64,000 nt of DNA from a virus: positions 1 through 64,000 of IMG/VR virus record IMGVR_UViG_3300047319_000185; one strand, written 5' to 3'. A model generated the notes under the pieces. It made no database searches. It had not been told where the DNA came from and saw only the letters and a list, made by a program, of their open reading frames with translations. Shown here in pieces: positions 62,933-64,000 of this stretch; the first letter of the stretch is position 1; the number at the start of each line of letters is the position of its first letter. The translations under genes and the position numbers were made by a program.

Positions 62933-63415
62933 CTACGTAATACCTCTTGAGTAGGGGAATGAGTTAAGTCTTGAGTTTATAAATCTACCAGGTGACTGGG
63001 CACGCTGGAACTGCCACCATACAGAAGGTGGAACATTGTAATAAGTGTAGTATTCTCCATTACGGAATTTGATACGCAGAGCCTGACTTCTCTCATCATA
63101 TCCAGCAGCCAGAGTTCTTGGTCTACCCGGATCAATAGTAGGCGTAGGCTGATACGGCAGCAGAGCTTCATCGTCACCATTGATAGCCATGATAATCTCA
63201 CTGGCTAATGTCTGGTCCACCAGTTTACCTGCTTGTGAGCGAACCTGGTTTATATCCAGAACAGAGCGCGGAGAATTAACTCCTGGTACAGGGCCGATAC
63301 TACCACGTGGATTATATCTGTTCTGTCCCAGGAACTCTTCATCCCATGCGTTTCTACGGGTACTGGTTGTTCTTATTATTGGCTGTATTCTAGCAGCCGC
63401 TTTACGTCTCACCAT
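62933..63415 (-). CDS. KTSC-domain protein
   Basis: AGYD.....L.IKF.NG..Y.Y.NVP..VW..F..A.SPGRFIN. Confidence 0.88.
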   Translation of the reverse strand: MVRRKAAARIQPIIRTTSTRRNAWDEEFLGQNRYNPRGSIGPVPGVNSPRSVLDINQVRSQAGKLVDQTLASEIIMAINGDDEALLPYQPTPTIDPGRPRTLAAGYDERSQALRIKFRNGEYYTYYNVPPSVWWQFQRAQSPGRFINSRLNSFPYSRGIT

Positions 63416-63433
63416 TATTTCTCCTAAACACAG

Positions 63434-63471
63434 AAAGACCCTTCAAGTATAAGGATACCTGAAGGGTCTTT
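63434..63471. terminator. hairpin terminator
   Basis: AAAGACCCTTCA ... TGAAGGGTCTTT. Confidence 0.7.
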
Positions 63472-63480
63472 ATTATGGAA

Positions 63481-63777
63481 TTATTCGCTATCCGGATCCG
63501 CATAGTAACTACGGAATGACTCATGTGTCATATTGGAAGCAAGTACCTGTGCAGGAGTAAGACCTGATCTGGTGCCTCTGAACTGTGGAGGTTCATTATC
63601 GGATTCCTCTACCCACAGACCGTGCTGACTACGATACTGCTCAGGATCAATTCCAGCAAGACGCTGGATATTGGGATCAGGAAGCTGGTCCTCAGTAAAG
63701 GTATTACCTGGAACACCTTCTGATTCAGTCCATCCGTGCTGTGACTGTGCTGTCCAGCCATGGTTATGATCTGTCAT
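63481..63777 (-). CDS. hypothetical protein
   Basis: 98 aa; GAGGA RBS; N-terminal HGWT twice. Confidence 0.7.
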   Translation of the reverse strand: MTDHNHGWTAQSQHGWTESEGVPGNTFTEDQLPDPNIQRLAGIDPEQYRSQHGLWVEESDNEPPQFRGTRSGLTPAQVLASNMTHESFRSYYADPDSE

Positions 63778-63779
63778 TG

Positions 63780-63998
63780 TTATCCTCTTTGTTGAACTGT
63801 CCAGCCAGGATCGAAATCCTCTGGTCGGTCATGGGGACAGTCAGGACCCGCATAGACATGCTTCCCATCGACATAGACACAACGGTCTACCTCCATAGGA
63901 AGATGCCAGGGAGCAGTCTGTCCTCCGTGGGCTGTCCAGCTTTCTTCCTGCCAGACCGCACCTTCATCATACACTGGGTGATTAAACTCTATGCTCAT
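63780..63998 (-). CDS. hypothetical protein
   Basis: 72-aa ORF at window edge. Confidence 0.6.
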   Translation of the reverse strand: MSIEFNHPVYDEGAVWQEESWTAHGGQTAPWHLPMEVDRCVYVDGKHVYAGPDCPHDRPEDFDPGWTVQQRG

Positions 63999-64000
63999 GG

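Noticed and set aside
63481-63777. HGWT repeats as further copies of the GWG motif
   Set aside because: Different flanking residues and no link to DNA metabolism; left out of the motif claim.
1-64000. tRNA genes, stop-codon reassignment, integrase or att site
   Set aside because: No cloverleaf with T-loop seen in the short intergenic gaps; genes end normally in TAA, TAG and TGA at full length; no recombinase of the integrase type.

Overview
The window is a 64-kb internal segment of a large, apparently lytic, contractile-tailed (myovirus) phage. A WhiB factor and TTGACA-N18-TAGxxT promoters point to an actinobacterial host, possibly a streptomycete. From recall, not a search, its organisation resembles large actinobacterial myoviruses. 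Almost all genes are on the minus strand. Read in transcription order (64 kb to 1), it has: a KTSC protein, terminase, a cluster of small virion or accessory genes including an Acb2/Tad1-like protein and a head fibre, portal, scaffold, N4-gp56-like major capsid, an opposite-strand two-gene EndoVII cassette, neck genes, a beta-helix appendage, sheath, tube, tail chaperone(s), a tape measure with two peptidoglycan hydrolases, baseplate and fibres. A replication, recombination and nucleotide block follows: DnaC-like loader, PNK, DnaB, primase, SNF2 helicase, SSB, PolA, class II RNR, RecA, RNA ligase, resolvase, WhiB, Cas4-like nuclease, UvsY-like protein and ThyX. I saw no tRNA, CRISPR array, integrase, intein or intron. 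The best leads are: (1) a shared N-terminal (S/A/K)GW(G/A) peptide on the SSB and three ssDNA-acting partners, a possible SSB-docking code; (2) a dead EndoVII pseudo-nuclease paired with an active EndoVII/dead-HNH fusion; (3) AT-rich, TTA-containing patches inside core genes; (4) a UUU-CGG +1 frameshift candidate in the tail chaperone; (5) an anti-defence sponge candidate; (6) a 72-nt structured intergenic RNA. All product calls come from motif recognition; no database search was run.
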